The notes below the pieces were generated by a model. It worked only from the letters and a program-made list of their open reading frames with translations. It did not search any database and was not told the origin of the DNA. DNA of 64,000 nt from a virus (taxonomy: Duplodnaviria > Caudoviricetes). Both the position numbers and the translations under genes were made by a program. Shown here piece by piece: positions 49,413 to 59,306 of this stretch. The stretch spans positions 1 through 64,000 of IMG/VR virus record IMGVR_UViG_3300042386_001493; one strand, written 5' to 3'. The first letter of the stretch is position 1. Every line of letters begins with the position of its first letter.

Positions 49413-51664
49413 TATGCGCTTAAATCCCCTACAGCCACCCAAGTATTTGCTGCTCTTTTAACAATTGTGGCGACAGACCATTGTCCTCTTAGTTTTAAAC
49501 CAGGACTTCCATTTACTGTTGTAGTTGCTGGAGTTACCGCTGCAATTGTTATTTGTCCTGCTCCAGTTTGTAAAATATTTATTTGTGATCCTATTGCAAA
49601 ATTTGCAGTAGCATCTGTTGGTATATTTAGTGTACCCGCAGTTGCTCCATTACTTAACTCAAGCCATTTATCTTTATCTGCTAGAACTACTGTGTATGCA
49701 TTTGTTGTAAATGTAGGTGTTGAAATAGTTAAAGTAGAAGAAGCAAACTCAACTGCTTGTGACACCGAATTAAGAGTGCCCCCAACAAGAATTTTGTCAT
49801 TAGTAGAATCCCAAGCAATTCTGCCATCTGTTGTAGAAGATGTAGTAGATAGAGTAAGGAGTGGTGTATCAATTGTTGGACTTGTTAAAGTTTTATTTGT
49901 AAGGGTTTCAGATACATCTTTAAGAGCAGTTCCATTCATAGAGTATGACTTACCAGAAGCAAGATTTATGTGTTCCGATGAAGTCCAAGAATCTGTAGAG
50001 TCAACCCAGTTAAAGGTTTTATCGGTTGTGCCTTTAAGTGTAATACCTCCGCCATCGGCAGTTATGTCTGTTGGAGTTTCTACATCTCCAAGAATAATAT
50101 TTTTATCTTCAACAACTAGGTTAGTTGAGTTAATATTTGTAGTTGTACCGTTTACGGTAAAGTTTCCAGATACCGTCAAAGAAGGAACTGTAAATTCTCC
50201 AGATGAAGATACATTAGCAAGGATTGTTCCGCTTGAGTTTTGCCATTCTTGCAGGTTAGCGGTTTGTGATGCTATGCCTCTAATAACTTGTCCAATATTT
50301 GTTGTAGCAGTTGTGGTAACTTCCATTTGTGCGCCGTAGTTAGTAGTACCACCAGTACGCATTTTTCCAGTTGATGTTACAAAAGATACACCTGTAATAA
50401 AATCTGAAACAAATGCGCCATCTGATTGAATTCTTGCCAATAGTGTACCAGCACTATCCTGCCATTGTTGAAGGTTGGCGGTTTGGGAGGTTGCACCACG
50501 AACAACTATCGGAGTAATTGCTGCCGTACCAGCAACAAAACTTCCAACGGCAGACAAAGTAAATGTTCCACCTGTACCTGCTACATCTGTAAATCCTGAA
50601 CCAAGAACCGTAAAGGTTGTTGATGTAACTGCTGTGACTGTCCAAGTTCCATTGTAAGTGCCACCACTTACTGATGCCACTGTAACTCGCTGACCTGCTT
50701 GCACAAGTGATGTGCCACCATAGGTAAAGACTGCAACTGTCGCAGATGTATATGCAGCCGATGTGATTGCCGTAGTAGTTGAACCATTGATGCTTGTGGT
50801 AGTCCCTGCGTATATTTGTCCAGCAGAATTAATTCCTGAAAGAACAGTTCCAGCACTACCCCTCCATTGTTGTAGGTCTGAAGTTTGAGTTGAAATACCT
50901 ATTACTTGTAAAGATGGATAACTTCCTGCTGTTGATGTGACAGCAAAATAGGCAGAATTATTTCCTGATTGAAATACTAGTTGGCTTCCTCCGCCACCTA
51001 CATATCCCATTGAACCTGAAATACGTAAATTACCACTTGCCTGGATTGATGCCAACGTTGTACCAGCATTATTCTGCCATTGTTGAAGGTCGTTTGATTG
51101 TGACGTTGCGCCTCTCACAACTATTCCAGTAGTAGTATTATTTATAGGAATTACTGATAATTGTGTTCCTGTTATTAAGGTTCCAAGATTTAGTGCGCCA
51201 GTATTTCTTAGGCTTGCCCTTACCGTTCCATCAAAATTGTGCCATTCTTGCAGGTTAGCGGTTTGAGATTCGGTGCCCTTTACAATTAAACCAATAGTTT
51301 CAGCATTAGCAGTAGTAATCTGTTGCACTCCACCAGTAAAAGTATTGGCGGTAGCAAGATAAGGAACACCAGTAATTGCTGAACCTGCTGGAATTGTTAC
51401 TGTGCCAGTAAAAGTGGGGGAAGCAAGTGGGGCTTTAGCATCTATCTGAGTTTGAATTGCTGAAGTTACACCATCTACATAATTTAATTCTGTAGAAGTT
51501 GCTGTAAGATCAACGTTCTCGTTAATTTTTGGGGTAGTTAAAGTTTTATTTGTAAGAGTTTGTGTATCCGATGTGGTAATAACTTGATTACCATTGACCG
51601 TAGCAGAGTTTCCTTCTACGATCAAACCATTCTTGACCCTAAAATCTTTATTTGTTGTAGTCAC
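49412..51664 (-). CDS. Tail fibre/adaptor protein
   Basis: GTG start; N-terminal KDFRVKNGL; TLTNKTLT fibre repeats; five SQTxxLQ(E/Q)W-type repeats; C-terminal ...WVAVGDLSA domain. Confidence 0.8.
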   Translation of the reverse strand: MTTTNKDFRVKNGLIVEGNSATVNGNQVITTSDTQTLTNKTLTTPKINENVDLTATSTELNYVDGVTSAIQTQIDAKAPLASPTFTGTVTIPAGSAITGVPYLATANTFTGGVQQITTANAETIGLIVKGTESQTANLQEWHNFDGTVRASLRNTGALNLGTLITGTQLSVIPINNTTTGIVVRGATSQSNDLQQWQNNAGTTLASIQASGNLRISGSMGYVGGGGSQLVFQSGNNSAYFAVTSTAGSYPSLQVIGISTQTSDLQQWRGSAGTVLSGINSAGQIYAGTTTSINGSTTTAITSAAYTSATVAVFTYGGTSLVQAGQRVTVASVSGGTYNGTWTVTAVTSTTFTVLGSGFTDVAGTGGTFTLSAVGSFVAGTAAITPIVVRGATSQTANLQQWQDSAGTLLARIQSDGAFVSDFITGVSFVTSTGKMRTGGTTNYGAQMEVTTTATTNIGQVIRGIASQTANLQEWQNSSGTILANVSSSGEFTVPSLTVSGNFTVNGTTTNINSTNLVVEDKNIILGDVETPTDITADGGGITLKGTTDKTFNWVDSTDSWTSSEHINLASGKSYSMNGTALKDVSETLTNKTLTSPTIDTPLLTLSTTSSTTDGRIAWDSTNDKILVGGTLNSVSQAVEFASSTLTISTPTFTTNAYTVVLADKDKWLELSNGATAGTLNIPTDATANFAIGSQINILQTGAGQITIAAVTPATTTVNGSPGLKLRGQWSVATIVKRAANTWVAVGDLSA

Positions 51665-51692
51665 TGAAGTTCCCTATCCCCTCAGATACATA

Positions 51693-54074
51693 TTAGGCTT
51701 CTATAAGCGTCTTATGCACCTTTACTGTTGTCTCGTCTGATGCCGTTACAAGTAGTCTAACATTTCCGCCTGAGTAATCTGCATTAGTTGTTCCTAAAGA
51801 TGCTGCTGCATTGATTACATCTGCGTATTCTGTAAGAGCAACGTTGTTGCCTCCGTCTACGTTAACAAGGATTTCTATGGTTTGAATTTCTGTACCCTTT
51901 TTCATTTGTACTAAATATTTAGCACTTGAGTATGTGGTTGCTGACCAAGAGTCAACTACGGTTGCAGTTCCACTTGTAAGTGCTTGTGTAGCAGTTCCAA
52001 TTAATGCATCTGTCAGTGTAAGCGATGTTGCAGTTGCTGCACCAATGTTTGGAGTTGTAAGTGTTGGAGAGGTGCCAAATACTAGAGCGCCAGACCCTGT
52101 TTCGTCAGAGATTACTGATGCTAGTTCTGTTGAAGTGGTTGCTGCAAAAACGTCCAATTTGTTGTTTGTAAGAGCAACAGTACCTGTAGCATCTGGAAGA
52201 GTAATTGTTCTGTCTGCAGTTGGATCAGTTACTGTAATAGTTGTTTCATGGTCGTTTGCTGTAGCACCTTCAAGAACGATACTTCCGTCTGAAAGGGTAA
52301 GTCCTGAAATTGTTGGTGATGTTAGAGTTTTGTTTGTTAAAGTGTCCGTTGAAGAGGTAGTGACAACATTAACACCTTCAACAGCAATAACACCTGCTGA
52401 AACTCTTGAAATTGTTGTGTCTGTAGCATGGCCTAACTCAACAGTTCCTACACCTAAAGCGGTGGAAGTTGAAGCAACTAATCCACTAATCGGTAAGCCA
52501 GTTGCATTTGTTAAAGTTCCTGATGCTGGAGTTCCAAGTGCTGGAGTAGTTAGTGTTGGCGATGTGAGAGTTTTATTTGTAAGGGTTTGTGTATCTGTTA
52601 ATGTTACTACAGTTGAATCAATATCAAGAGTGTTTCCAGTCTTGTCTAATCCTGTACCCGCAACAATTTGTCCAAGACCAGTAAACTGAGTAAAGGTAAG
52701 TGCTGTAGTTCCAACTGTAATTGCACCATCGTTAGTTAATACATAACCTTGATCAGCGTTTACAGTTCCTTCTTCTACGAATACCGCAAAATTTGAAGTA
52801 AGTTCAGCACCTTCATCACAATCTTGTGCACGATCTGGATTACCAAATGGTCGAACTATATAAATACCGTTTTCTGAAGCAGTTGATTGATTCTTAACAA
52901 GAATACGCTCATTAACAACAAGAGTTACTCCGTCAATAACATCTCCATTGTTAAGATCACTGAAAAGGTTAACGTTTGCAGTTGTTGCTGCACGTACTGA
53001 TGGTTTCCAGTCAATACCTACAACTGCTGTATCAACATAACCTTTTGTTGCTGCATCTGATGAATCAGTTGGTGTACCAAGACCTGTAATCTTGTAAGTT
53101 GCCATACTGACGTTGCCAGTTGGTGCTCCAACAGCGCTTAGTGCAAACTCTGAAGGGTCTACAGAAATTGCGCCTGTTGAATCATCATAGTCAAGACCAT
53201 TTCCTACAACAGTTCCAATTGCATCTTGTGCTCTTTCGTCTGTGAAGTATTTGTTTGTTGAACCTTCTGCAATATCGTCAGATCCAAGAGTACGTGAACC
53301 ACCAAGAGATGTTGATGTACCGTTAATAGTAATTGCTGAGTTTGATAGTTTATCGTTTGCAATTGATCCTGCAAGCATTGTGTTTGTTACAGAACCTGTA
53401 TCTCCAGTTGTTACAACAGTTCCAGTTACGTCTGGAAGAGTAATTGTACGGTCTGCTGTAGGGTTTGTTACTGTAAGAGTTGTCTCGTTAGCATCTGCTG
53501 ATGAACCTTCAAAAACAATGCTTGAATCTGAAAGTGCAAGTCCTGAAACCACTGGGCTTGTAAGAGTCTTATTTGTAAGTGTTTCAGTTCCTGCAAGAGT
53601 TGCAAAGTCTTGATCTGTTAGTGCTGTATTAAACTCTGCAATAGTTCCTGTAATTGTGTTTGTAGTTAGTGAAACCGATTTGTTTGTAAGTGTATCAGTT
53701 GTGTCTTTAAGAACTACCGTTCCAGTTGCATTTGGAAGTGTAATTGTTCTATCTTCAGTTGGATCGGTTACTTGAAGGGTAGTTTCAAAGTCATTTGCAG
53801 TTGCACCTTCAAATGAAACGCTTGCTTGAAATACTCCAACTGGTTGTGTTTCTTTCCAGGCAATTCCATTTGTTGCTTGATCGTCTGCTGTAAGCACATA
53901 GTTATTTGTTCCAACTGCTAGACGAGTTACTGCATCTGCACCAGATGCAACTAGTAAATCACCTTTTGCGTCTACTAATGCTTCTGTTAATATATCGTGG
54001 TTGTTTACAGTTGCAGTTGATCCTTCAACTACTAGTCCCGCTTTTACTCTAAAATCTTTTGTTACGGTTGCCAT
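51693..54074 (-). CDS. Tail fibre protein
   Basis: [10 protein letters not shown]-terminus; AKGDLL motif; three (F/L)EG..A..ETT..PTxDRTITLP repeats; DAATKGYVD; [13 protein letters not shown]. Confidence 0.85.
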   Translation of the reverse strand: MATVTKDFRVKAGLVVEGSTATVNNHDILTEALVDAKGDLLVASGADAVTRLAVGTNNYVLTADDQATNGIAWKETQPVGVFQASVSFEGATANDFETTLQVTDPTEDRTITLPNATGTVVLKDTTDTLTNKSVSLTTNTITGTIAEFNTALTDQDFATLAGTETLTNKTLTSPVVSGLALSDSSIVFEGSSADANETTLTVTNPTADRTITLPDVTGTVVTTGDTGSVTNTMLAGSIANDKLSNSAITINGTSTSLGGSRTLGSDDIAEGSTNKYFTDERAQDAIGTVVGNGLDYDDSTGAISVDPSEFALSAVGAPTGNVSMATYKITGLGTPTDSSDAATKGYVDTAVVGIDWKPSVRAATTANVNLFSDLNNGDVIDGVTLVVNERILVKNQSTASENGIYIVRPFGNPDRAQDCDEGAELTSNFAVFVEEGTVNADQGYVLTNDGAITVGTTALTFTQFTGLGQIVAGTGLDKTGNTLDIDSTVVTLTDTQTLTNKTLTSPTLTTPALGTPASGTLTNATGLPISGLVASTSTALGVGTVELGHATDTTISRVSAGVIAVEGVNVVTTSSTDTLTNKTLTSPTISGLTLSDGSIVLEGATANDHETTITVTDPTADRTITLPDATGTVALTNNKLDVFAATTSTELASVISDETGSGALVFGTSPTLTTPNIGAATATSLTLTDALIGTATQALTSGTATVVDSWSATTYSSAKYLVQMKKGTEIQTIEILVNVDGGNNVALTEYADVINAAASLGTTNADYSGGNVRLLVTASDETTVKVHKTLIEA

Positions 54075-54089
54075 CTTATATCTCCTTGG

Positions 54090-54536
54090 TTAGGCCTTTA
54101 ATCCCATACGCATGTAGCGTAGGGTTATAGGTGTAATTCCCCCTACTGGAACAACAGTTAGTGAAACTGTGTCTCCAGCCCTTGAAACAGAGATGGTGCC
54201 AATATTCCCATCATTGTCAATTGTTGCATACTGAGTAAAGTTAACATCTGTACCGTCAATCAGAATGCTAAGTTCTGTAGAAAAGTACTTGTTAGCCCCA
54301 CCTACCACATATTTGAGTGAGATCATATATTTCATTGATCTAAACTCGCTTGCTAAAAAGTTATCAAAAACCGTTGGGTTTTCAATTCCATTAATTGTTG
54401 ACTCGTTATTACCATCTGATCCAAGATCGGTAGACCTAGCAGAAGTACTATCAATTAAGTCTATATAGTTTTGTTCCGTTGGTCTATCACCTGTTTGAAA
54501 CAGGGCTTTTACATTGGTGGTTGATATCTTTGCCAT
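54090..54536 (-). CDS. Fibre-base protein
   Basis: FQTGDRPTEQNYIDLIDS N-terminus; C-terminal domain similar to that of 51693-54074. Confidence 0.6.
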   Translation of the reverse strand: MAKISTTNVKALFQTGDRPTEQNYIDLIDSTSARSTDLGSDGNNESTINGIENPTVFDNFLASEFRSMKYMISLKYVVGGANKYFSTELSILIDGTDVNFTQYATIDNDGNIGTISVSRAGDTVSLTVVPVGGITPITLRYMRMGLKA

Positions 54537-54542
54537 AGGTCT

Positions 54543-54551
54543 ATTATAGCA
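54543..54551 (-). promoter_or_regulatory. Extended -10 TGCTATAAT, leaderless spacing
   Basis: 6 nt before ATG 54536. Confidence 0.75.
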
Positions 54552-54556
54552 TTATG

Positions 54557-54817
54557 TTAAAGAATATAGTTAGAAAAACCAATCATCTGAACACCAATTA
54601 CTGGTGGATTGTTTGGGCTATAGCCTTGAATGCCAATATTGGTTATGCTTAGTCTAAATGGAAGAATTTCTGTTAATATAACTACCTTCGAATAATTGAC
54701 TAATGCAACAGGATTTGATGCTGGCTTAATGTCTGAAATTGCTATTGTTGGAGAAATTGTTGCTGCTGAAACTAATACCGCTAAAGCAATACCTTGGGAA
54801 ATCGAGGTTGTTGCCAT
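54557..54817 (-). CDS. Small virion-module hypothetical protein
   Basis: 86 aa; TAATG-coupled to the upstream gene. Confidence 0.6.
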   Translation of the reverse strand: MATTSISQGIALAVLVSAATISPTIAISDIKPASNPVALVNYSKVVILTEILPFRLSITNIGIQGYSPNNPPVIGVQMIGFSNYIL

Positions 54818-55263
54818 TATGAATCCTGATCTGTTACTTCACCAAGCATAATCATTTCGCCTTGACATACTGTCCAAATACGATCATTGTCTGTTAGTTG
54901 AATATCAAAAACATCTCCAGTTCTTAACTGTTTTGATTGTACTGCAGATACCGTTACTGTAAATTCTCCTGGATCATCAAACTCTGTTGCATAAGGATAG
55001 ACTGTAAATAATAAATCATCTCCGACATCGTCTGAATACCTTCTAAAATCTCCTTTTATGTCCCAACCAGTGATATCTCCACTTTCATCATTTGTATAAT
55101 CTAAAGGATTTCCTAAATCATCTTCTACGTAAATTCTAAAAGATATAGTATCTCCTATTACAGCAGTCCAGTTAATTAATGGTGGCTTATTGCCAAGGTT
55201 ATATACTGAAGGTGTTGTTACATTTGTAATTGAACTTTCATCAGGGTTTCTATATGTAGCCAT
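54817..55263 (-). CDS. BppU-N-like baseplate/anchor domain protein
   Basis: IGDT..F...FDIQL..WTVCQG...EVT; paralogue of 62406-62747 and 62880-63281. Confidence 0.55.
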   Translation of the reverse strand: MATYRNPDESSITNVTTPSVYNLGNKPPLINWTAVIGDTISFRIYVEDDLGNPLDYTNDESGDITGWDIKGDFRRYSDDVGDDLLFTVYPYATEFDDPGEFTVTVSAVQSKQLRTGDVFDIQLTDNDRIWTVCQGEMIMLGEVTDQDS

Positions 55264-55269
55264 TATTTA

Positions 55270-55278
55270 ATTATACCA
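55270..55278 (-). promoter_or_regulatory. Extended -10 TGGTATAAT, leaderless spacing
   Basis: 6 nt before ATG 55263. Confidence 0.75.
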
Positions 55279-55800
55279 TTAAGCAAGTCCATTTTTTAAT
55301 GCCCCCCATGTTCCGTTGCCCTTTGGTTGACCAACAATCAATATTCCAGTAGTTGCATTAGATTTTGCTACTACTGCTACCGCTCCAGAACCAGTTGCTG
55401 GTTGTGTTGCTGTTAATCCTCCACCATCTGCTACATAAAGAACATTGCCAGCAGTAAATGAATTTGTATTTGCATCAAGGATTACACCAGAAATAGTAAC
55501 AACGCCATCTGTATTATTTCCAATTGCAGAACTTGTTAGTCCTAATACTGGAAATGTGGCAATGTTATCAGAGTCACATTTTCCTATTGTTGTTTTTGTA
55601 TTAAATCCAGTAACAAAAACTGGTGTTGCTTTTGCAATACTTGCACCACTTACATTTCTAACCTCTATTGTATGATTTACAAGATCAGGAAGAATTAATT
55701 CAATTTGTTCCGCTAAGTCTTGCAAATCTTCATGAATGTTTACTGGATCGCTAGAAAGCGGAAAGGGAATATCATAATTTGCGGTTGCACCAGTAGCCAT
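55279..55800 (-). CDS. Virion decoration/fibre-like protein
   Basis: IPFPLSSDPVNIHEDLQDLAEQIE N-terminus; GNVLYV..GGLTATQP capsid-cement-like domain. Confidence 0.55.
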   Translation of the reverse strand: MATGATANYDIPFPLSSDPVNIHEDLQDLAEQIELILPDLVNHTIEVRNVSGASIAKATPVFVTGFNTKTTIGKCDSDNIATFPVLGLTSSAIGNNTDGVVTISGVILDANTNSFTAGNVLYVADGGGLTATQPATGSGAVAVVAKSNATTGILIVGQPKGNGTWGALKNGLA

Positions 55801-55809
55801 AATCTTATT

Positions 55810-55818
55810 ATTATACCA
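55810..55818 (-). promoter_or_regulatory. Extended -10 TGGTATAAT
   Basis: 9 nt before ATG 55800, no SD. Confidence 0.7.
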
Positions 55819-55865
55819 CTTCCTAAAGCAATATTTTTAATAAATGTGCGGGTATATTGATAAAG

Positions 55866-55895
55866 TTGACTTTAATCCCTAAATCATGTTATAAT
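55866..55895 (+). promoter_or_regulatory. Sigma70-type promoter TTGACT-N18-TATAAT with TG extension
   Basis: Upstream of the lysozyme-like gene. Confidence 0.75.
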
Positions 55896-55942
55896 TAATA
55901 TACTACCGAAAGGTAGTTTTTGTTTCTAAGGAGGTAACACTA

Positions 55943-56494
55943 ATGAGAAACATTGAAAAGAAGGTTTGGTTGGGGTTACTATCTATTGTTGGTTTGGTTG
56001 CGCCTTTTAGCAATTCTGCTAATGCTTTAGATAATAATTTATTGACTAAACCCTCCGTTGAAGCCGTTCCAGCCCCTACAGGGGCTTTTCTGGTTTCTAA
56101 GGAGAGTATATTAAAAAAATATGAAAATGCTCATAAATTAACTGATAGCCAGTTAGTTGACCTATTGAAGGCTATAGGGTTTAAAGGTGATAAATTAAGA
56201 ACAGCATGTGCAATTGCAAAGGCTGAATCTAATGGAAGACCTTTTGCTTTTAATGGCAACTCAGAAACTGGAGATAGTTCTTATGGAGTATTTCAAATAA
56301 ATATGATAGGAAAACTGGGTCCTGATCGTAGAGAAAAATTCGATCTTGACTCTAACGTTGAATTATTTAACCCAGTTACTAATTCACAAATAACATTTCA
56401 CATGACTAAGGGTGGTAAAGATTGGTCAGCATGGAGTTCTGTGAATGGACCACGGTATCAAGAATGGTACAGCAAGTATCCTTGTAAAGTCTAA
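55943..56494 (+). CDS. Secreted lysozyme-like/lytic transglycosylase
   Basis: Signal peptide (..SANA); AIAKAES, DSSYGVFQIN, DWSAW; AAGGAGG RBS. Confidence 0.85.
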   Translation: MRNIEKKVWLGLLSIVGLVAPFSNSANALDNNLLTKPSVEAVPAPTGAFLVSKESILKKYENAHKLTDSQLVDLLKAIGFKGDKLRTACAIAKAESNGRPFAFNGNSETGDSSYGVFQINMIGKLGPDRREKFDLDSNVELFNPVTNSQITFHMTKGGKDWSAWSSVNGPRYQEWYSKYPCKV

Positions 56495-56504
56495 TAATTA
56501 AAAT

Positions 56505-56540
56505 ACCCTCCTTGCTTTTGGCTTGGAGGGTTTTTTATTT
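56505..56540 (+). terminator. Intrinsic terminator after lysozyme-like gene (possibly bidirectional)
   Basis: ACCCTCC...GGAGGGT then TTTTTATTT, between convergent genes. Confidence 0.75.
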
Positions 56541-56577
56541 TAAACATTAAACATTTTATTGTAAATATAGGTTTAGT

Positions 56578-57168
56578 CTATTCGTGTTTTTTAATACTTG
56601 CTCTAATTTCTTTTTCAAATATATTATATTTAGTAGGAATCCAAAAAGACGGAGTTGTGTATCTTACGCCTTTAGTTATTTCACGCACACCATGTATGTA
56701 CATAGTATTTGATGGGAAAAAAACTAATGTTCCAGCCTTGGGCTTAAACTCTAGTTTGTGATCTGGAAAATATATTTCTCCACCTTCATAGTCATCATTT
56801 AAATATATAACAGCCCCATAATCAACTATAAATGCTTCATTTGGATGCCCCTCTGGATCTTCTCCATCTGCATGTAATGGTTGATACTCTCCTACATCCC
56901 ATCTTCTTATTCCAGCAGAATTAGTTTCAAGTGGTCTGCCAAAATGAAACTCAATCTCTTTTTGTACCCTATTAATTGCATTTAATAAAATTTTATGAAT
57001 CTCTGGTTTTTCTTTATGAAGTTTTTCTGTAACTTTGTCTGGTATGCCAGCCATTGAATTAGATCCCCAAGAAATTGAATCATCAATTGAAGATAAAATC
57101 AAGTCTAAGTCTTCTTTAGAAATAAAGTTTTCTTTAATAACTATATTTTTTGTTGATCCTATTTTCAT
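56578..57168 (-). CDS. 2OG-Fe(II) oxygenase, prolyl-4-hydroxylase-like
   Basis: HAD..YLNDDYEGGE..HGV..GVRY. Confidence 0.9.
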   Translation of the reverse strand: MKIGSTKNIVIKENFISKEDLDLILSSIDDSISWGSNSMAGIPDKVTEKLHKEKPEIHKILLNAINRVQKEIEFHFGRPLETNSAGIRRWDVGEYQPLHADGEDPEGHPNEAFIVDYGAVIYLNDDYEGGEIYFPDHKLEFKPKAGTLVFFPSNTMYIHGVREITKGVRYTTPSFWIPTKYNIFEKEIRASIKKHE

Positions 57169-57179
57169 TATATTTCTCC

Positions 57180-57338
57180 TTAGTTAGGTAATTTATATTG
57201 TTCTGCTATTTCTTTTGCTTTGTCAAAATTTGATACATCAATCATTGAATATAAAACATAGCACAACCATTGGTAAGATGATTTCTCACAATACCCTTTT
57301 GATTGCATTGTTTTAGCAATGTCTTCTATAATTTCCAT
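57180..57338 (-). CDS. 52-aa hypothetical protein (MEIIEDIAKTMQSKGYCEK...)
   Basis: TAATG-coupled to the upstream oxygenase; stop overlaps the RBS of the next gene; below ORF-track cutoff. Confidence 0.65.
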   Translation of the reverse strand: MEIIEDIAKTMQSKGYCEKSSYQWLCYVLYSMIDVSNFDKAKEIAEQYKLPN

Positions 57339-57859
57339 TATTTATATTCCATAAACAAATTAATGGCATATCTAGTTCCTGAAATAACACTATGTGCTAC
57401 GTGTGCATATGGGTAGTTAGAAGGAAATAAAACCATTGAATTTTTTATTGGTTTTTCTTTAATTCCAAAATTAACAAACTCTATTTCTCCGCCCTCATAA
57501 CTATCGTTTAAATAAATAACACAACTTGTTACCCTATTTGATACATGTTTAGATCCATCATCATAATGCATAACATATTTTTGATTAGGCTCATACTTTA
57601 ATGCCTCTATTGTAAAGTATGTTAATTCTGGTAAATAATACATATTCCTATATTGTCCTAAAAATTTATCTATTCCGCTTTGTACAATATTAAAAATTTT
57701 TTCATACTTTTCTTTATCGTTAAAATATATAACAGAGTTAGACCTATCTTCTACTTTAACATTTTCTGGCTTAGACCATTCATACTTATTTATTTCTTCT
57801 ATTAGCATTTCTGGATTTTCTAAAACATCATAATAAAATTCTATACCATTTTTAGACAT
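57338..57859 (-). CDS. 2OG-Fe(II) oxygenase, prolyl-4-hydroxylase-like
   Basis: HYD..YLNDSYEGGE..FPSNYPYAH..GTRY; likely start MSKNG at 57859. Confidence 0.9.
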   Translation of the reverse strand: MSKNGIEFYYDVLENPEMLIEEINKYEWSKPENVKVEDRSNSVIYFNDKEKYEKIFNIVQSGIDKFLGQYRNMYYLPELTYFTIEALKYEPNQKYVMHYDDGSKHVSNRVTSCVIYLNDSYEGGEIEFVNFGIKEKPIKNSMVLFPSNYPYAHVAHSVISGTRYAINLFMEYK

Positions 57860-58568
57860 TGCTATGCCTTTCGTCTTTTGTATAAAGTTTAATTTTTTTA
57901 ACTTCATGTTCTCCAATTTTATTACCATATTGATCGGTGGCACTTCTATAAAAATCAGACCATTTTGGAATTTTATTGTTTTCTAAAATAACATTTCCAT
58001 AATTTGTTAAATTTTTGTGATATTCATTTATATCGTATGGATTGTTATTTAAAGTCATTGTAGATTCATTTAAGTTAAAAAGAGATATTGGCATTACTGC
58101 CATAAAAGGTTCGTTTGCCTTAAAGGTTATTGAAACATTTGGCTTTGTAATTTTCCAAGAAACTGGTATTGGAGAATTCCAAAAACTTGTACTAATAATA
58201 TTAGTTAGTGGCGATGCTCCGTCAATAACTAGGTTTGGTGGTCCAAAAAACAAAAGACTAACATTTGGATCTGTTTTAAAAAACCACCCAATATTAAAAA
58301 TTAAGGTTGCAGTTCCTCTATTTGTATCAACAAACTCTTGTCCCTCTAAAACCTTTATATGATTTCCTTCTTCTGTGTCGTTTCCATCCCATATTACGGT
58401 TATATCTTTTGGAAATGAGAATCCCCAACCCATTTGATTGGTTAGGGATAATGGAAAACAGCGATATGCATGACCATCAAATGTTTTATCCATCCACTCT
58501 CTTTTTACTGGAAGTTGCTCTATCTTTGCTGCTCCCTGAAAAATTTCGTATGCTTCAATATTATACAT
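57852..58568 (-). CDS. DUF6065 family protein
   Basis: REWMD..HAYRCFPL..N.MGW, GPPN, WKITKPN, F.ANEPF. Confidence 0.7.
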   Translation of the reverse strand: MYNIEAYEIFQGAAKIEQLPVKREWMDKTFDGHAYRCFPLSLTNQMGWGFSFPKDITVIWDGNDTEEGNHIKVLEGQEFVDTNRGTATLIFNIGWFFKTDPNVSLLFFGPPNLVIDGASPLTNIISTSFWNSPIPVSWKITKPNVSITFKANEPFMAVMPISLFNLNESTMTLNNNPYDINEYHKNLTNYGNVILENNKIPKWSDFYRSATDQYGNKIGEHEVKKIKLYTKDERHSNV

Positions 58569-59234
58569 TTATGCTGTTGTTCTATTTTTTAAAATTTCAT
58601 TTGCTCCGTGTGCTCGATCATTATAATCAAACATTGTCACTGCTGAATATTTTAATCCTTCTTCTACTGGAAGCGCTGCATGTGAATAAATAAAGGTAGA
58701 TGGAAACAAAACAATATCTCCTTCTTCTGGTTGATAAGTATAATTTAGGTATGGGAAAAATAATCCACCACCAACAAAGTTATCATTTAAATACATGACT
58801 GTTGAAACTGTACAAATATAACTAAAACCATGATCTGAGTGAACTCCAAAATGGTGCCCTGGTCCATACTTTACAAAATTAACTGCTTCTTGATATCTCA
58901 TTTGAATGTTATACATAGAACAATAATGGCTTAAGCATGATTGCAACCTAACATCGATATCTTCATAAATATTTTTTAAATCTGAATTGGCTACAGATGG
59001 ATTATTGGTTATATCATATTTTCTAACTTTAAAGTCTACACAATCTCGGTAATCTTTCATTGTTTGATAGTCGCCTACTTGTGCTTCAGACCACTTAAAA
59101 AATGTATCTTTATCTTTATTATTATCGATTACACTTTCTAATCTTTCTACCAAGTTTAATGATTTATTTAAACTATTTTTGTAAATAAAAACACCATTTG
59201 CTGGATTTAAAATTTCAATATTTGTTGCTTCCAT
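58569..59234 (-). CDS. 2OG-Fe(II) oxygenase, prolyl-4-hydroxylase-like
   Basis: HSD..YLNDNFVGGGL..FPSTFIYSH..GLKY. Confidence 0.9.
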   Translation of the reverse strand: MEATNIEILNPANGVFIYKNSLNKSLNLVERLESVIDNNKDKDTFFKWSEAQVGDYQTMKDYRDCVDFKVRKYDITNNPSVANSDLKNIYEDIDVRLQSCLSHYCSMYNIQMRYQEAVNFVKYGPGHHFGVHSDHGFSYICTVSTVMYLNDNFVGGGLFFPYLNYTYQPEEGDIVLFPSTFIYSHAALPVEEGLKYSAVTMFDYNDRAHGANEILKNRTTA

Positions 59235-59291
59235 AGCAGACCCCTTTTCGTTATTTTAATTATACACCATATAGAGTTTTATACGCTACTA

Positions 59292-59300
59292 TGGTAAAAT
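59292..59300 (+). promoter_or_regulatory. Extended -10 TGGTAAAAT, leaderless spacing
   Basis: 6 nt before ATG 59307. Confidence 0.7.
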
Positions 59301-59306
59301 ATATAG

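Noticed and set aside
49467-53613. Long + strand ORFs (e.g. 49467-50339, 51934-52689; also 30700-31446 and 22944-23522)
   Set aside because: Antisense shadows of Thr/Ala/Val-rich genes, with no RBS, promoter or protein motifs
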